Source of the DNA: Octopus sinensis
Lineage: Eukaryota
DNA length: 64,000 nucleotides
NCBI RefSeq assembly: GCF_006345805.1
Contig: NC_043012.1
Coordinates: 11,532,001 to 11,596,000 of the forward strand
Direction: 5' to 3'
Shown: piece after piece, positions 1-11,640 of the stretch
Numbering within the stretch: the stretch's first letter is position 1
How the letters are laid out: the number at the start of each line of letters is the position of its first letter
The notes under the pieces: generated by a model
The model's input: only the letters and a program-made list of their open reading frames with translations
Told to the model about the DNA's origin: nothing
Database searches by the model: none
Position numbers and translations under genes: made by a program

Positions 1-215
1 CTTTGGCAAACCCTCACCAACTTTTTCAAGCTTGTCTCTAAAGAAAAATTGAACGTGAAGAGGAAAGTGCTGCCTTCCAGCAATTTACTCAAAAAGTGGA
101 TGAGAGGGCAAGCAAGGTCCGAGCAAATGAGTCTGTTCTGAACATGCGCCTGCAGGTCGGAGGAGAGAAGGGAGAGGATGTTTGCTTGAGTGCCTTCAAG
201 AGTAGCCTTGGGAGG
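1..215 (+). mobile_element. 3' fragment of a LINE (L1/Tx1-like), degenerate
   Basis: Reads as ..QTLTNFFKLVSKEKLNVKRKVLPSSNLLKKW..; a related sequence lies on the minus strand at ~31205-31500. Clade assignment is by recollection only. Confidence 0.4.
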
Positions 216-344
216 TCTCACTCTTTTGGGTAGTTTTTCTTTGAATTGTATTTTTTGTTTTTCATTTTGTTATTCCCACTGTTTAATCCTGCACTATGTA
301 ATCCAATACCGTCCTCGATTCTTATGACGGTCCTTGAGATTAAT

Positions 345-815
345 AAAGAAAACATTGTTGAGTGAGGGAGAGCATCGCATACCATCAAAGTGACACTGGA
401 GTACAAATATACAAAGCCCAATATATCGATCATGACTACCTGTCTGATAAGGGTACACTAGGTAGATGCATCACAGCTACATGTGCACGGCATGGAGATC
501 TTATTTCAAGATAAAGAGCGCATGACCCTGTAGATGGGGCCCAGTTAGAATTTTCCTCCCGCTCAAAATGTCCCTGATTATGGTTTGTTTAAGGATGATG
601 AATGAAACACCCATGTTTCCAGGAGTGAATTATTCAAAATCCCAAAGAATCTCTCAACGTATAGGTATGGTGCTCCCTCACTACTACAGCTCATGATTAG
701 AGCTGCACATATCGTCAGCCACTAAGGGACATGCTCAATTGATTAAGGTCAAGCAACTGACAGGCAAATCTGTGGTGTTGAGCAGAATATTTGCTGCAGC
801 CCGTCTTTTACACCT
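345..815 (+). repeat. Interspersed repeat family (~450 bp), unclassified
   Basis: Clearly homologous to 57690-58125 (+) and to a partial inverted copy at ~59350-59498, e.g. shared ccatcaaagtgacactgg and cgtcagccactaagggacatgctcaa. Confidence 0.8.
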
Positions 816-894
816 TGACAAAACATGTTCATGATAATACTTCCAGTCAGTTAAGATCAGGAGCCGTGAGAGTCAGTATCTGGTTTTGCATCAG

Positions 895-913
895 AGCATC
901 AACATCATCATGG

Positions 914-946
<33 letters not shown>

Positions 947-965
947 CCACCACCACCACCATCAC

Positions 966-1000
<35 letters not shown>

Positions 1001-1005
1001 CCACC

Positions 1006-1061
<56 letters not shown>

Positions 1062-1097
1062 TATCATCATCATCACCACCACCACCATCCCCATCCC

Positions 1098-1138
<41 letters not shown>
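895..1138. repeat. (CAT)n/(CAC)n microsatellite
   Basis: Direct reading; explains the poly-S/I/M ORFs. Confidence 0.95.
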
Positions 1139-1659
1139 GTGATGCCGCTCTAATTGATTGATTGCTTTCTCAACGAATGTCTGTATCGGAGCTCCGAGAA
1201 AAATAATTATTATTCAGATTACCTTATGGAAAAAAAAAGCAAGTTTATCTTTTCTTGTCGCAGTCTTGTGAACAGAAGGATTTTAGATTGTTCATCCTTT
1301 GACATATTTTAATCGCCGGTATATTTTTTGACAAACAGGCACTAGATTGTTATTCATGGTTTAAAATAGTCTTGGGAGAAGGAGGAGATTTCAGCATAGT
1401 ATTGGTAGCAGTGCCTCAATAACGAAAACAAGCACTCCCCCAAATTATTTTCAAATACGAAAATAGATTTGGGAAAGAAAAAAAAAAAAACTCAGACAAA
1501 GTAATCACTGAAACAGTTTTAACCTTAGTCACTTGCATTTGCACAACAAAAATTAAGTTTTGGAAACATGAATTCGAAGAGAAGGAAGACAAAGTGCGAA
1601 ACAGTGACGCACCACTTCCACTACCACAACCACCACTAACAACTACAACAACAGCAACA

Positions 1660-1730
1660 AGTGGAGGCGCAATGGCCCAATGGTTAGGGCAGCGGATTCG
1701 CGGTCGTAAGAATGCGATTTCGATTCCGAG
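1660..1730 (+). mobile_element. Truncated tRNA-derived SINE head
   Basis: A-box-like tggcccaatggttag and B-box-like gatttcgattcc; similar to heads at 11378 and 33527. Confidence 0.6.
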
Positions 1731-1942
1731 AATCGAATTAAATGGGGAGATAAACTCAAGTATCAGGAATTCTTCGAATGTTGTAAGCTATTAAGAAAAA
1801 ACGAAACAAAACAAAACAAAAATCAAACACACAAAAAAGAAAGCACTTTTTTTGTTTTTGACGATGAGAGGGCAGCTGTCAAGTGTCCTGTCTCCAGCAG
1901 ACGTGAAACTAAAACATAACCGAAAAAGAGTAATTATATATA

Positions 1943-2006
<64 letters not shown>

Positions 2007-2143
2007 ACCATGATAAAACTCCGATTTTTGGATGTCGGGGCGGAAACCCACACCGCCATCTCTTTTTTCGATGGCCGGATAACTGAAGTTTTATCATGGC
2101 TACCGAATAATTGTCACATATTACATATGTATATATATTTACT

Positions 2144-2371
2144 CTCTTACTCTTTTACTTGTTTCAGTCATTTGACTGCGGCCATGCTGGAGCACCGCCT
2201 TTTCAGTCGAGCAAATCGAACCCAGGACTTATTTTTTTGTAAGCCTAGTACTTATTCTATCGGTGTCTTATGCAGAACCGCTTAGTTACGGGGACGTAAA
2301 TACACCAACATCAGTTGTCAAGCGATGTTGGTGGGGGGACTAACACAGACACACAAACACACACACACACA

Positions 2372-2418
<47 letters not shown>

Positions 2419-2589
2419 CATATTTGCGACGGGCTTCTTTCAGTTTCCGTCTACCAAATCTACTCACAAAGCATTGGTCAGCCTGAGGCTATAGTAGAAG
2501 ACACTTGCCCAAGGTGCCACGCAGTGGGACTGAATCCGCACCGTCTGGTTGGTAAGCAAGCTACTTACCACACAGCCACTCCTGCGCCT
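2144..2589 (-). mobile_element. tRNA-derived SINE family A with internal (CA)n/(TA)n tract
   Basis: Reverse complement of the copy at 4281-4668: head ggcgcaggagtggctgtgtggtaag..ggttcagtccc, tail gactgaaacaagtaaaagag. Confidence 0.9.
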
Positions 2590-2885
2590 ATATGTGTGAA
2601 TATATATATATATATATATTTAGCAATTAAGGACAACTACTTAATAAGGAAAACTTAACAAGAAATTGTCAGGTAGATAGCGTAAAAACCTCATAAGAGA
2701 AAAAATTTCGAAAATAATTATTTCTTATTGAACATATTAATTTATATATAGAGGGCATTATACATACATGCCAGACGGCATTATACATACATGCCAAACG
2801 CTAAGAGGGACAATCAGTCATTTCTACCAAAAATATTACTAATCCCACCGAATGCAATTTTTCAAAGTAAGACATTTAAAAATAT

Positions 2886-2933
2886 AGACCTGTATCACAG
2901 TGATTTCATACTTACGTAATCATCAGCAGGCCT
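2886..2933 (-). ncRNA. Type I minimal hammerhead ribozyme
   Basis: Reverse complement reads aggcctg CUGAUGA u-uac-guaa-gua-u GAAA ucac-u-guga UA caggucu. Confidence 0.85.
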
Positions 2934-3363
2934 GAATGTATTATAAATAAACAACGACCCTGCCCCGCTTAAGCCGATCAGCTAACTGATCAACATCAAC
3001 GAAGCACATGGTGAGTTTACATATATTACATCCGGGTAAATGGCAAACTTTTACGAATTGCATTTCGGGAGAGGAAAAGTTTTTTCGGAATAAAAATTTA
3101 GCAATTAAGGACAACTACTTAATAAGGAAAACTTAACAAGAAATTGTCAGGTAGATAGCGTAAAAACCTCATAAGAGAAAAAATTTCGAAAATAATTATT
3201 TCTTATTGAACATATTAATTTATATATAGAGGGCATTATACATACATGCCAGACGGCATTATACATACATGCCAAACGCTAAGAGGGACAATCAGTCATT
3301 TCTACCAAAAATATTACTAATCCCACCGAATGCAATTTTTCAAAGTAAGACATTTAAAAATAT

Positions 3364-3411
3364 AGACCTGTATCACAGTGATTTCATACTTACGTAATCA
3401 TCAGCAGGCCT
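3364..3411 (-). ncRNA. Type I minimal hammerhead ribozyme (second tandem copy)
   Basis: Identical to 2886-2933, 478 bp downstream. Confidence 0.85.
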
Positions 3412-3600
3412 GAATGTATTATAAATACTTGCTAAATTTTTATTCCGAAAAAACTTTTCCTCTCCCGAAATGCAATTCGTAAAAGTTTGCCATTTACCCG
3501 GATGTAATATATGTAAACTCACCCATGTGCTTCGTTGATGTTGATCAGTTAGCTGATCGGCTTAAGCGGGGCAGGGTCGTTGTTTATTTATAATACATTC

Positions 3601-3648
3601 AGGCCTGCTGATGATTACGTAAGTATGAAATCACTGTGATACAGGTCT
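3601..3648 (+). ncRNA. Type I minimal hammerhead ribozyme (inverted copy)
   Basis: Helix I aggcctg/caggtct; CTGATGA 3608-3614; GAAA 3627-3630; palindromic helix III tcactgtga; AUA cleavage triplet ending at 3641. Confidence 0.85.
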
Positions 3649-3812
3649 ATATTTTTAAATGTCTTACTTTGAAAAATTGCATTCGGTGGGATTAGTAATA
3701 TTTTTGGTAGAAATGACTGATTGTCCCTCTTAGCGTTTGGCATGTATGTATAATGCCGTCTGGCATGTATGTATAATGCCCTCTATATATAAATTATATA
3801 TATATATATATA

Positions 3813-3975
3813 AAATTTAGATTCAGATGAATATGGTACTTAAGTTAAAGGCACCAGAATTTGGTATGGTATTATCCATATGAATCAAATGGGGTGATTA
3901 TAATAAAAATAAGCCACAAGGTTATCCAAAGGTAGTGGATACAAATGGAAAATTTGTAGCAAATTTTCCATTTCG
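3813..3975. repeat. Fragment of the repeat family also seen at 10000-10098; ends in a 14-bp perfect hairpin
   Basis: tttagattca(g/a)atgaatatggtacttaa..ggggtgattataa is shared with 10000-10098; hairpin aaatggaaaatttg tag caaattttccattt. Confidence 0.7.
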
Positions 3976-4039
3976 TGGATGGCCCCAGTCCGCTGCTTTG
4001 TCATAACTGTAAGATCGCATGGGTGTTGAACCTTTCACA

Positions 4040-4245
4040 GCTTCACGAATCCTTTCTTTATCCTTCCAAACTGTCGAAACAGTAGAGAGAGAGAGAAATT
4101 CAGTTCACGTGCGATTTCATTCACTTTCTTTCCCCCTCCTTGCTGTCTAATCACCTTCATTTTTGTGCCGAGGTCGATGACGTTACTTCGCTTCTTGGCG
4201 ATTTGAGGAGCAGATGAATACAATTTCCTCTTTCTAGACATTTTA
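4040..4245 (-). pseudogene. Tigger/pogo (CENP-B-like) transposase N-terminal HTH relic
   Basis: MSRKRK..KKRSNVIDLGTKMKVIRQQGGGKKVNEIARELN resembles the HTH_psq/CENP-B N-terminus. Confidence 0.65.
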
Positions 4246-4280
4246 GAGGATATTTTTTGAAAAAAAAACAAAAAACTATC

Positions 4281-4668
4281 AGGCGCAGGAGTGGCTGTGT
4301 GGTAAGTAGTTTGCCTACCAACCACATGGTTCCGGGTTCAGTCCCACTGCGTGGCATCTTGGGCAGGTGTCTTCTGCTATAGCCCCGGGCCGACCAATGC
4401 CTTGTGAGTGGATTTGGTAGACGGAAACTGAAAGAAGCCTGTCGTATATATGTATATGTGTGTGTGTGTGTTTGTCCCCCTAGCATTGCTTGACAACCGA
4501 TGCTGGTGTGTTTACGTCCCCGTCACTTAGCGGTTCGGCAAAAGAGACCGATAGAATAAGCACTGGGCTTACAAAGAATAAGTCCCGGGGTCGATTTGCT
4601 CGACTAAAGGTGGTGCTCCAGCATGGCCGCAGTCAAATGACTGAAACAAGTAAAAGAGATAAAAGAGA
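4281..4668 (+). mobile_element. tRNA-derived SINE family A
   Basis: Complete head, internal (TA)(TG)n tract and 3' tail. Further copies at 17021-17462, 20228-20572 and 47940-48340; partial copies at 58200-58380, 60250-60400 and 61396-61550. Confidence 0.9.
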
Positions 4669-5076
4669 AAGAGATCAAAGTGAGGACACACAGGGTCACC
4701 AGAAGAGTCGCGCTCCATCGAGCTTGGCGTTAGTAAAAAATTTCGGAGTCTCAAGATGTCGTCTTATAAATAAGTACGAGATTGCTTCGATGTCTCCGCG
4801 ACAGGACATTCATTCAACGTTTGGGATATCCACAGTGGCGGTCAGTAACCAAAACTAGGGTAAGCGTTTGTTAGCTGACGCCAATCATCGTAAAGTCGAT
4901 CGGTCGTAAGTCGACGACGCCCTGTGTGTGTGTGTATATAAATATATACATATATACAGAAATGCATACTTTACATATATATATATATGACTATTATATA
5001 TATATATATGTATATATATACACATATATACATAAATGCATACTTTATATATATATATATATATATACATGACTAT

Positions 5077-5108
<32 letters not shown>

Positions 5109-5759
5109 ATATGTATATATAGTGAGAGAGAGAGAGAGAGAGAGAGTGAGAGAGAGATGTTTGTATCTTTCGCTGATATCAGTGAAGGGTATACATATTG
5201 GCGAAAACCGGGTGTTACAGGTGCTCCCGTGCTTCTGTTGCGGTTAAAAACAGTGGACTTGAGACTTGACCCGTAACCACCGACGCTATTGGATAGGGAA
5301 ATAAATAAGAAATATATAAATGATTATCGTCCCCAAATTACACTGTAGCAGTGTTGAAAAACGGTAAGGCACATCGGACTATGAAGTCTTAGATACACGT
5401 AGATCAACGATGCCTGGAATATCTTTTGATCATAGAGCTATGCTGGGTCAAGAATAACCTATGACTAAGCAACAACAACAGCAGTAACAACAACGATAGC
5501 AGCAAAATGTTAAAAGATGATTTGCCAACTGTAAACACCAGCAACAGAATAATAAATTTAAAAAAAAAAGAGAAGAAAAGAAAAGAAAAAGAAAGATCCT
5601 TAACAAAGACACATTTGCAAAATTTGAAGTTTTACGCCATCACGAAGTCTACAGACAGTCATATCGTCTGAAACAATTGCAAAGCCGCTGACCTCAAACG
5701 AATATAATACAACAAAACAAGAACAACAGCAACAATAACAACGTTAGTTTCATTTCCAG

Positions 5760-6009
5760 AGCCTGCAGATGTTCACTGCACCTCCAAAACATGCAAGTGC
5801 AGACGATTTCATGTGAAAAACATCGACTTCATGTGCAAAATATTTACAGCTTGCTACGTTATTTTGCCAACCGGAAGTCAGTTATTTGATACTCACAGTA
5901 TCAAAATACTCTCAGTGTCATCTCTAAGAATGCAGACAATAAGAAAACTGGAGGACACTGACCTTAGTAGAGCTTGCTGCAACTGTAGACTGCACGGGTG
6001 CATAGAGAG
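5760..6009 (+). CDS. Candidate internal coding exon of an unidentified Cys-rich host protein
   Basis: Acceptor tttcatttccag|, donor |gtaagc; one frame is open across all 250 bp: (E)PADVHCTSKTCKCRRFHVKNIDFMCKIF..RACCNCRLHGCIE(R). No TE resemblance noticed. Confidence 0.5.
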
Positions 6010-6424
6010 GTAAGCGTCGAAAACGCTGTGTGTCCACAAATATCCCGAAGTTAAAATAATTTCGTTTGATGCGACGCAGAGTCCAGTTTACTTTTGCAGA
6101 GGAACCAGTGGTTGTTGGTGTTGTTTAGCACTAGGGAGACTTCGATGCAGCAGATCTACAATGAAAGACATTCCAGTCTGTTGCTACCACAGTGGTTTTT
6201 GATCCTCGGAGTTGACTGAGTTTGTGCTACCACCACTCAGGTACGGCCAAATCACTCCCTACCCACATTATCTCTGTCCTCTTCCTTTCATCAGCCATAT
6301 TGTGTCTAGATCCACGTCTTACACTAACTTCTACGCCATTCCTTCTCAAAAGTGCTAAAATTCTAGAATTCTCTCCCTACCCACGTTTTTCCTTCAACCG
6401 TTGAGACAGACATTAAATGCGATG

Positions 6425-6600
6425 ATCTTATTGGTTACAAAGAGGCTCGTGGGCGCCGTTAACTACGACAATCTTATTGGCTTACAAAGGGTAACGTTAG
6501 CACTGTTAACGGCAACTATCTTATTGATTACAAAACGGCTGGTGAGTACCATAAAGTACAACGATCACTTTAGTTACAGAGGGGCCGATGGTAGCCATAT
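6425..6600. repeat. Degenerate 46-47 bp minisatellite, about 4 units
   Basis: atc(t/a)(t/c)(a/t)tt..ttaca unit starts at 6425, 6471, 6518 and 6564. Confidence 0.65.
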
Positions 6601-6994
6601 ACTAAACAAAGCAACAACCAAGATGTCATATAGTATGTGTTGTCGTTTACTTTGTTAGTCGATTCCAAGCAAGAAAATATGGTTGAAATACCAAACCAAT
6701 GTTCTTAGTTATGTTAGCACTTAAAGGTAAAACGAGAGTAATACACTCGCAAAGATTTACTGTATCTGTAGCGACTGTAGGTGATTTTAGCCTCGAAATG
6801 TATTACCTCTGACGCAACCCTGCAGAAGTTGTGATCGTCTTTTATTCCCACATAGGACATCTTGGAATACAGGATTCAACGTGTCTTATCTTCTTGTATG
6901 TCGAGTAAGATTTTAGGGAACTATGAGGGTAAATGTAGCAGATCAAGCAACATCCAGTCCAGAGTCGTGTGTTTCTGTTGTTGTATAACGTGAA

Positions 6995-7540
6995 GGCGCA
7001 TGGCTTAGTAGTAAGTGTATTCGACTCACAATCGTGAGTTCGATACCTGGAGGTATCACATTGCTCCAGTCCTCTCAGCAGGCAAAATGAGTAGTACCTG
7101 TATTTCAAAGGGCCAGCTTTGTCACATTCGGTGTCACGCTGAATCTTCCTGAGAACTGGTAAACGGACCATTCGTCGACAGACAGTTGGCCGACAAACAA
7201 CTTATAGACAGGACAATTGACCGATTGGACAATTTGCCGAAAGGACAATATGTCCACATTTAAAAAAAACAAACAAAGTTAATGATCGATACTTCCGCAT
7301 GTCGACTTATTGTCCAATCAGTTAATTGTCCAATCGGTGAATTGTTTGTCGGCCAACTGTCTGTCGACGAATTGTCCGTCGGCGAATTGTCTGTCGACGA
7401 ATTGTCTTCACACGCTGAGAACTACGTTAAGGATATGCGTGTCTGTGGAGTGCTCAGCCACTTGCACGTTAATTTCGCAAGCAGGCTGTTCCATTGATTG
7501 GATCAACGGGAACCATCGTCGTCGTAACTGACAGAGTGCC
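6995..7540 (+). mobile_element. tRNA-derived SINE family B, interrupted by a MITE
   Basis: Matches the uninterrupted copy at 23953-24268 on both sides of the insertion. Confidence 0.85.
7158..7414. mobile_element. Non-autonomous MULE-like MITE with 9-bp TSD
   Basis: ctgagaact at 7149-7157 and 7415-7423; both arms are built from inverted 15-bp gacaattcgtcgaca-like repeats. Confidence 0.75.
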
Positions 7541-9457
7541 AGTTGTTGTATAATTCCAGGTCAATTTCGATCCAGCAGATTTAAGATGAAAGGTGCTCCA
7601 ACTGTGATCACACTGTCTTTATTCCGACAAAGTCTTTTTTTTCGACTGCTATTTCTAACAGATCATGTGATCCTGTTGAGCGTCTTTCATTAACTCTAGT
7701 GAAACGGATTATAGTTCCCTAATTCAATGACCTAGGAGAGATGGACCGTAAAACAGACCTCGGTTCCATTTGAACTCACAAAAAAAAAGGTAATAAATAT
7801 TTTTTAGATATTTTTGTTTAACTTTTGACCTTTCTGTTCATTTGTTGCCTTTTGCTATATAAAAGCTTGATCATACTTTTTTAGTGTAAAATTGTGACTT
7901 TATTGCAATTTGGTAATATATTTTGAATTTTAAAAGGGTTTAGACATGCTAAGAGTCATGCTAAGTCTGCGATACCCATTTTGGATTTAATATGAGCAAA
8001 GTCTGCACCGATCACTTTAAGTCGACAAGAAACTGGTCCGGACTTATTTCTCTTTCTCCTTCTGTCTGTCACTTCCTCTTCTCTCTCTCTCTCTCTCTCA
8101 CTCACCCACTCACTCACTCACTCACTCACTCACTCACTCACTCACTCTCTTTCTCACTCTCTCTAAGAAACATTATAATCAACAATAGGTCAAGCGATTA
8201 TATAGAAGTTACCTTGTTGAATATGGAGACCAGACGACAATCATTGATATCATACGTTAGCTCAAGCATGGACTCTCTAGAGAACTTCTATTGGATCGCT
8301 CTACCGTCTAGAAGCAGCAGCCAAATCTCCCTCAAATCACATACCTCTGTTTTTGGTAAGTACGCATTGGATAATATATTTTCTGGTTCCCTGTACTTTG
8401 ATTACGTACCTGCTCGGTCAAAGCTGACCATGGGCTAAGCAACGACAACGACGAAGAGGACAACAACGACCAACCTTACATTAGATCCTCTGGTTCACAT
8501 AAATCAATCAAAGATGCACATCTCTTCTATTTCTAGCGTCCTCATTGTGTCTTATCGCCCCAGAACTCGCAACAAATACTTTTCCTTTTCCAATCCTTCA
8601 ATAACAGAGGCTGCACCCTCTGAAAATGCCCGATCGCCCACATTTCTCTTGCAGACATTAAGCCGTCGATCTACTCATGTTGTAACTGCACATCAATGGT
8701 ATCAGCTTCACTTTAGTCTGCGAGGAGAGACTAGCTACAAAGGTCACCGACATTGCCCTTCCTCCTACTCCCTCTCACCCTCACCCTCATCATCTCCATC
8801 CTCTCGTTTCCTCCCCTCATTTTCACTCAGCAGTAGTCTCTATTACCAACCACGTGAATCAATTCATTTAAGACAATTGCCATGTAACCCAGTACAAGTG
8901 AAAGACTGGTGACAAGCCCTGCCAAAAGGGTGGGGCGTCTATGTATACTGATATCGCAGACAATGGGGCGGTGGGACTTCAGTACCATAATTATTTCAGC
9001 ATATTATAAGAATGGCTGGAAAAAGAAAAAAAACCCAAAAAACCCGAGACGCCTGCTGCATAAAAAAAGAAAAACAATTAGTAAAGTATGCACTAGTACA
9101 CATAGTAAACGAAGGCAGTTTATTTAAATTATAATTACATCGTTAGTTATCAGAATAAAAGTCGCGAATTAGATAGCTAATTCTAGTAAATAAATGCAAG
9201 GGAGATAACTCCAATTTTAATTATTTCAAATTTATTAAGCATTGGTAGTGAGTGCAATCTTTAGCGGAGGGGTGATAACTTTGGGCATGTTCCGTTCTTA
9301 TTAGAGCTTATCAGCAAAGTATGGTTTAAAACGACTGACGAGATGCATGATGTGCGTTAATAAACACCGAGTGACGTGTTGACTTTAAAAAAATAAGCGA
9401 GAAAATATGTGATGCCATCTACGTGAAAGTGATTTCTATGCGTATGTTTGTATGTGA

Positions 9458-9488
<31 letters not shown>

Positions 9489-9546
9489 ATAATATATATA
9501 TATAATATATATATATAAATGCTAAATGCTTAATACTACATGCATT

Positions 9547-9594
9547 GTGCAGTACTAATAGTTTTACATACATAAGTACGTTCATCAGGTGCTA
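9547..9594 (-). ncRNA. Decayed hammerhead ribozyme relic
   Basis: tagcac CUGAUGA acguac-uuau-guaugu AAAA cua-u-uag UA cugcac; GAAA is mutated to AAAA and helix I is weakened. Confidence 0.55.
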
Positions 9595-9612
9595 ATTGAA
9601 CTATGTATGTAT

Positions 9613-9661
<49 letters not shown>

Positions 9662-9782
9662 CCATCCAAAATGAAAACGACTGCCAATATTTCCATGTAG
9701 CAATCATAAAACCATTGGTAGCCTTGTTAACCCATAATGAAGTGTAAACATATATACATACTTACATACATACAATCATACA

Positions 9783-9850
<68 letters not shown>

Positions 9851-9924
9851 CACGCACACACACACACACATATATATAATATAATAATATATGAATATAT
9901 GCATATATATATATATATAATATA

Positions 9925-9987
<63 letters not shown>

Positions 9988-9999
9988 GTTCAGCAAAAA

Positions 10000-10263
10000 T
10001 TTAGATTCAAATGAATATGGTACTTAATTTAGATGCACCAGAATTCTGTATGGTGTTATCCATAAAATTCCGTGGGGTGATTATAACCAAAATAAGCAAC
10101 AAGAATGACTCCGGTAATTTGGTACGATCGTTTCGAAGCCTCTATAATTGGCTGATGAGTGTTCAGCATTTTAAAACTGTTGTAATACTTACAACATTTA
10201 ATAAAATGATGTAGTACGAAACGATCGTACCAAATTACCGGAGTCATTCTTGTTGCTTATTTT
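10000..10263. mobile_element. Penelope-like fold-back element in (TA)n
   Basis: ~10090-10136 is the reverse complement of 10217-10263; contains the HHR at 10146-10236. Confidence 0.7.
10146..10236 (+). ncRNA. Type I hammerhead ribozyme with 59-nt extended helix II
   Basis: aattgg CTGATGA(10152-58) [59 nt incl. catttta/taaaatg and tgttgtaa/ttacaaca] GAAA(10218-21) cgatcg TA ccaaatt. Confidence 0.8.
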
Positions 10264-10788
10264 GAGTATATATATATATATGCATAGATATATGTGTATA
10301 TATATATATGTGCGTATGTATGTATGTCACTGTCTCTCTTCTTTGTCTCTTATTCTCTATTGTGTCCTGAGCTTTCGTTAATAGATTCGGGTATTATTTT
10401 CTAAGATATTTTCTTCTGAAAGAACATTATATAATCGTGAATATATAATTCAGTTGTAAAGCAATATTTATATGAATTTTATATTTTGGATTGGTTTCTA
10501 AAACACATCTCTGTATTGCAGACATTTTGTTTCCACCAAACTGTCACGCGCCTCTAGTCATCAATTCATCTAACGCCTCAACGATATGAAGCCATTGTCT
10601 TTGTTGTTTATTCATTGAGTCTTTCCCGAAATCATTAATAGAGAGGACTACCAGAATAGATGCTCAACTATATCTAGTTCAAGGTTTTAATTTCAAACTT
10701 CGTTAATATAGGAGAGTTAAGAAAAACTCTACCATTATTATATGAAACTTGATTAAATCGATCGTTGTCTTTTCACAAACAATATATA

Positions 10789-11309
10789 CCGTAAATCCTC
10801 GAGTATAACCCGCATTTTCCCCCCCAAATTTAATGGTCAAAATCCCTAGTGCGTACTATATACGAGGTTAAAAATGAAAAATATTTTCTAAGCAATGTCC
10901 GAGTCTCTATTTGCTGTCCGGCAATGTTTATTCAGACGCATTTTGTGATGTCGAGCGCGAAAATACCTTAAGCTAAGCCTGAAAGCAAATAAGTCATAAA
11001 AGAATCAGCCATAACTTGTAATAAGCAACATTTATTAAAATAAAAGTATTCAGAACACAGAATAATATATAACAAAAACAATTTGCAAACATATTTACAT
11101 TCCCATATAACAGTTAAGAACATCACCATTATTGTATTACGCATGTGCGGAAGTGTTTTCCGACTAGGTGCTGCTGGCTTAATTACGCACGACTAAAGTT
11201 AGAGAAGGGGTGCGTATTATACACAAGGTTTAGGTTTTTCAGAATTACAGCCCCTTAAAAATCCCCTGTGCATTATACTCAAGGTGGGACTATACTTGAG
11301 GATTTACGG
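10789..11309. mobile_element. pogo/Tigger-type MITE
   Basis: TIRs ccgtaaatcctc(g/a)agtata at both ends, each flanked by TA. Confidence 0.85.
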
Positions 11310-11377
11310 TATAGAATTCAATAAAACAAATGATGATGATATCTTCTGTCATATATATGTATGTATGTGCATACATG

Positions 11378-11640
11378 TGGAGGTACATGGCCTAGTGGTT
11401 AGGGCAGTGGACTCGCAGTAGAGGGATCGCAGGTTCGAAACTCAGACCGGGCGATGTGCGTGTTTATGAGCGAAACACCTAAGCTCCAGAATGGTGAACT
11501 TCTGCTGACTCCTTCGCCACAACTTTCTCTCACTCTTTCCTCCTGCATCTTGCAGTTCACTTGCGACGGACCGGCGTCCCGTCCAGGTGGGAAACCTATA
11601 CGCCAAGGAAACCAGGCGTGGCTCGAGAAGGAGCTAACAT
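11378..11640 (+). mobile_element. tRNA-derived SINE family D
   Basis: A/B boxes plus body shared with 33527-33830 and the variant at 28090-28515. Confidence 0.85.

Larger units (their letters stand above)
2620..3795. mobile_element. HHR-bearing Penelope-like/retrozyme-like repeat: 478-bp unit, ~1.7 tandem copies plus an inverted copy, flanked by (TA)n
   Basis: tagcaattaaggac recurs at 2621 and 3099 (period 478). 3428-3795 is the reverse complement of ~2742-3103. Confidence 0.8.
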
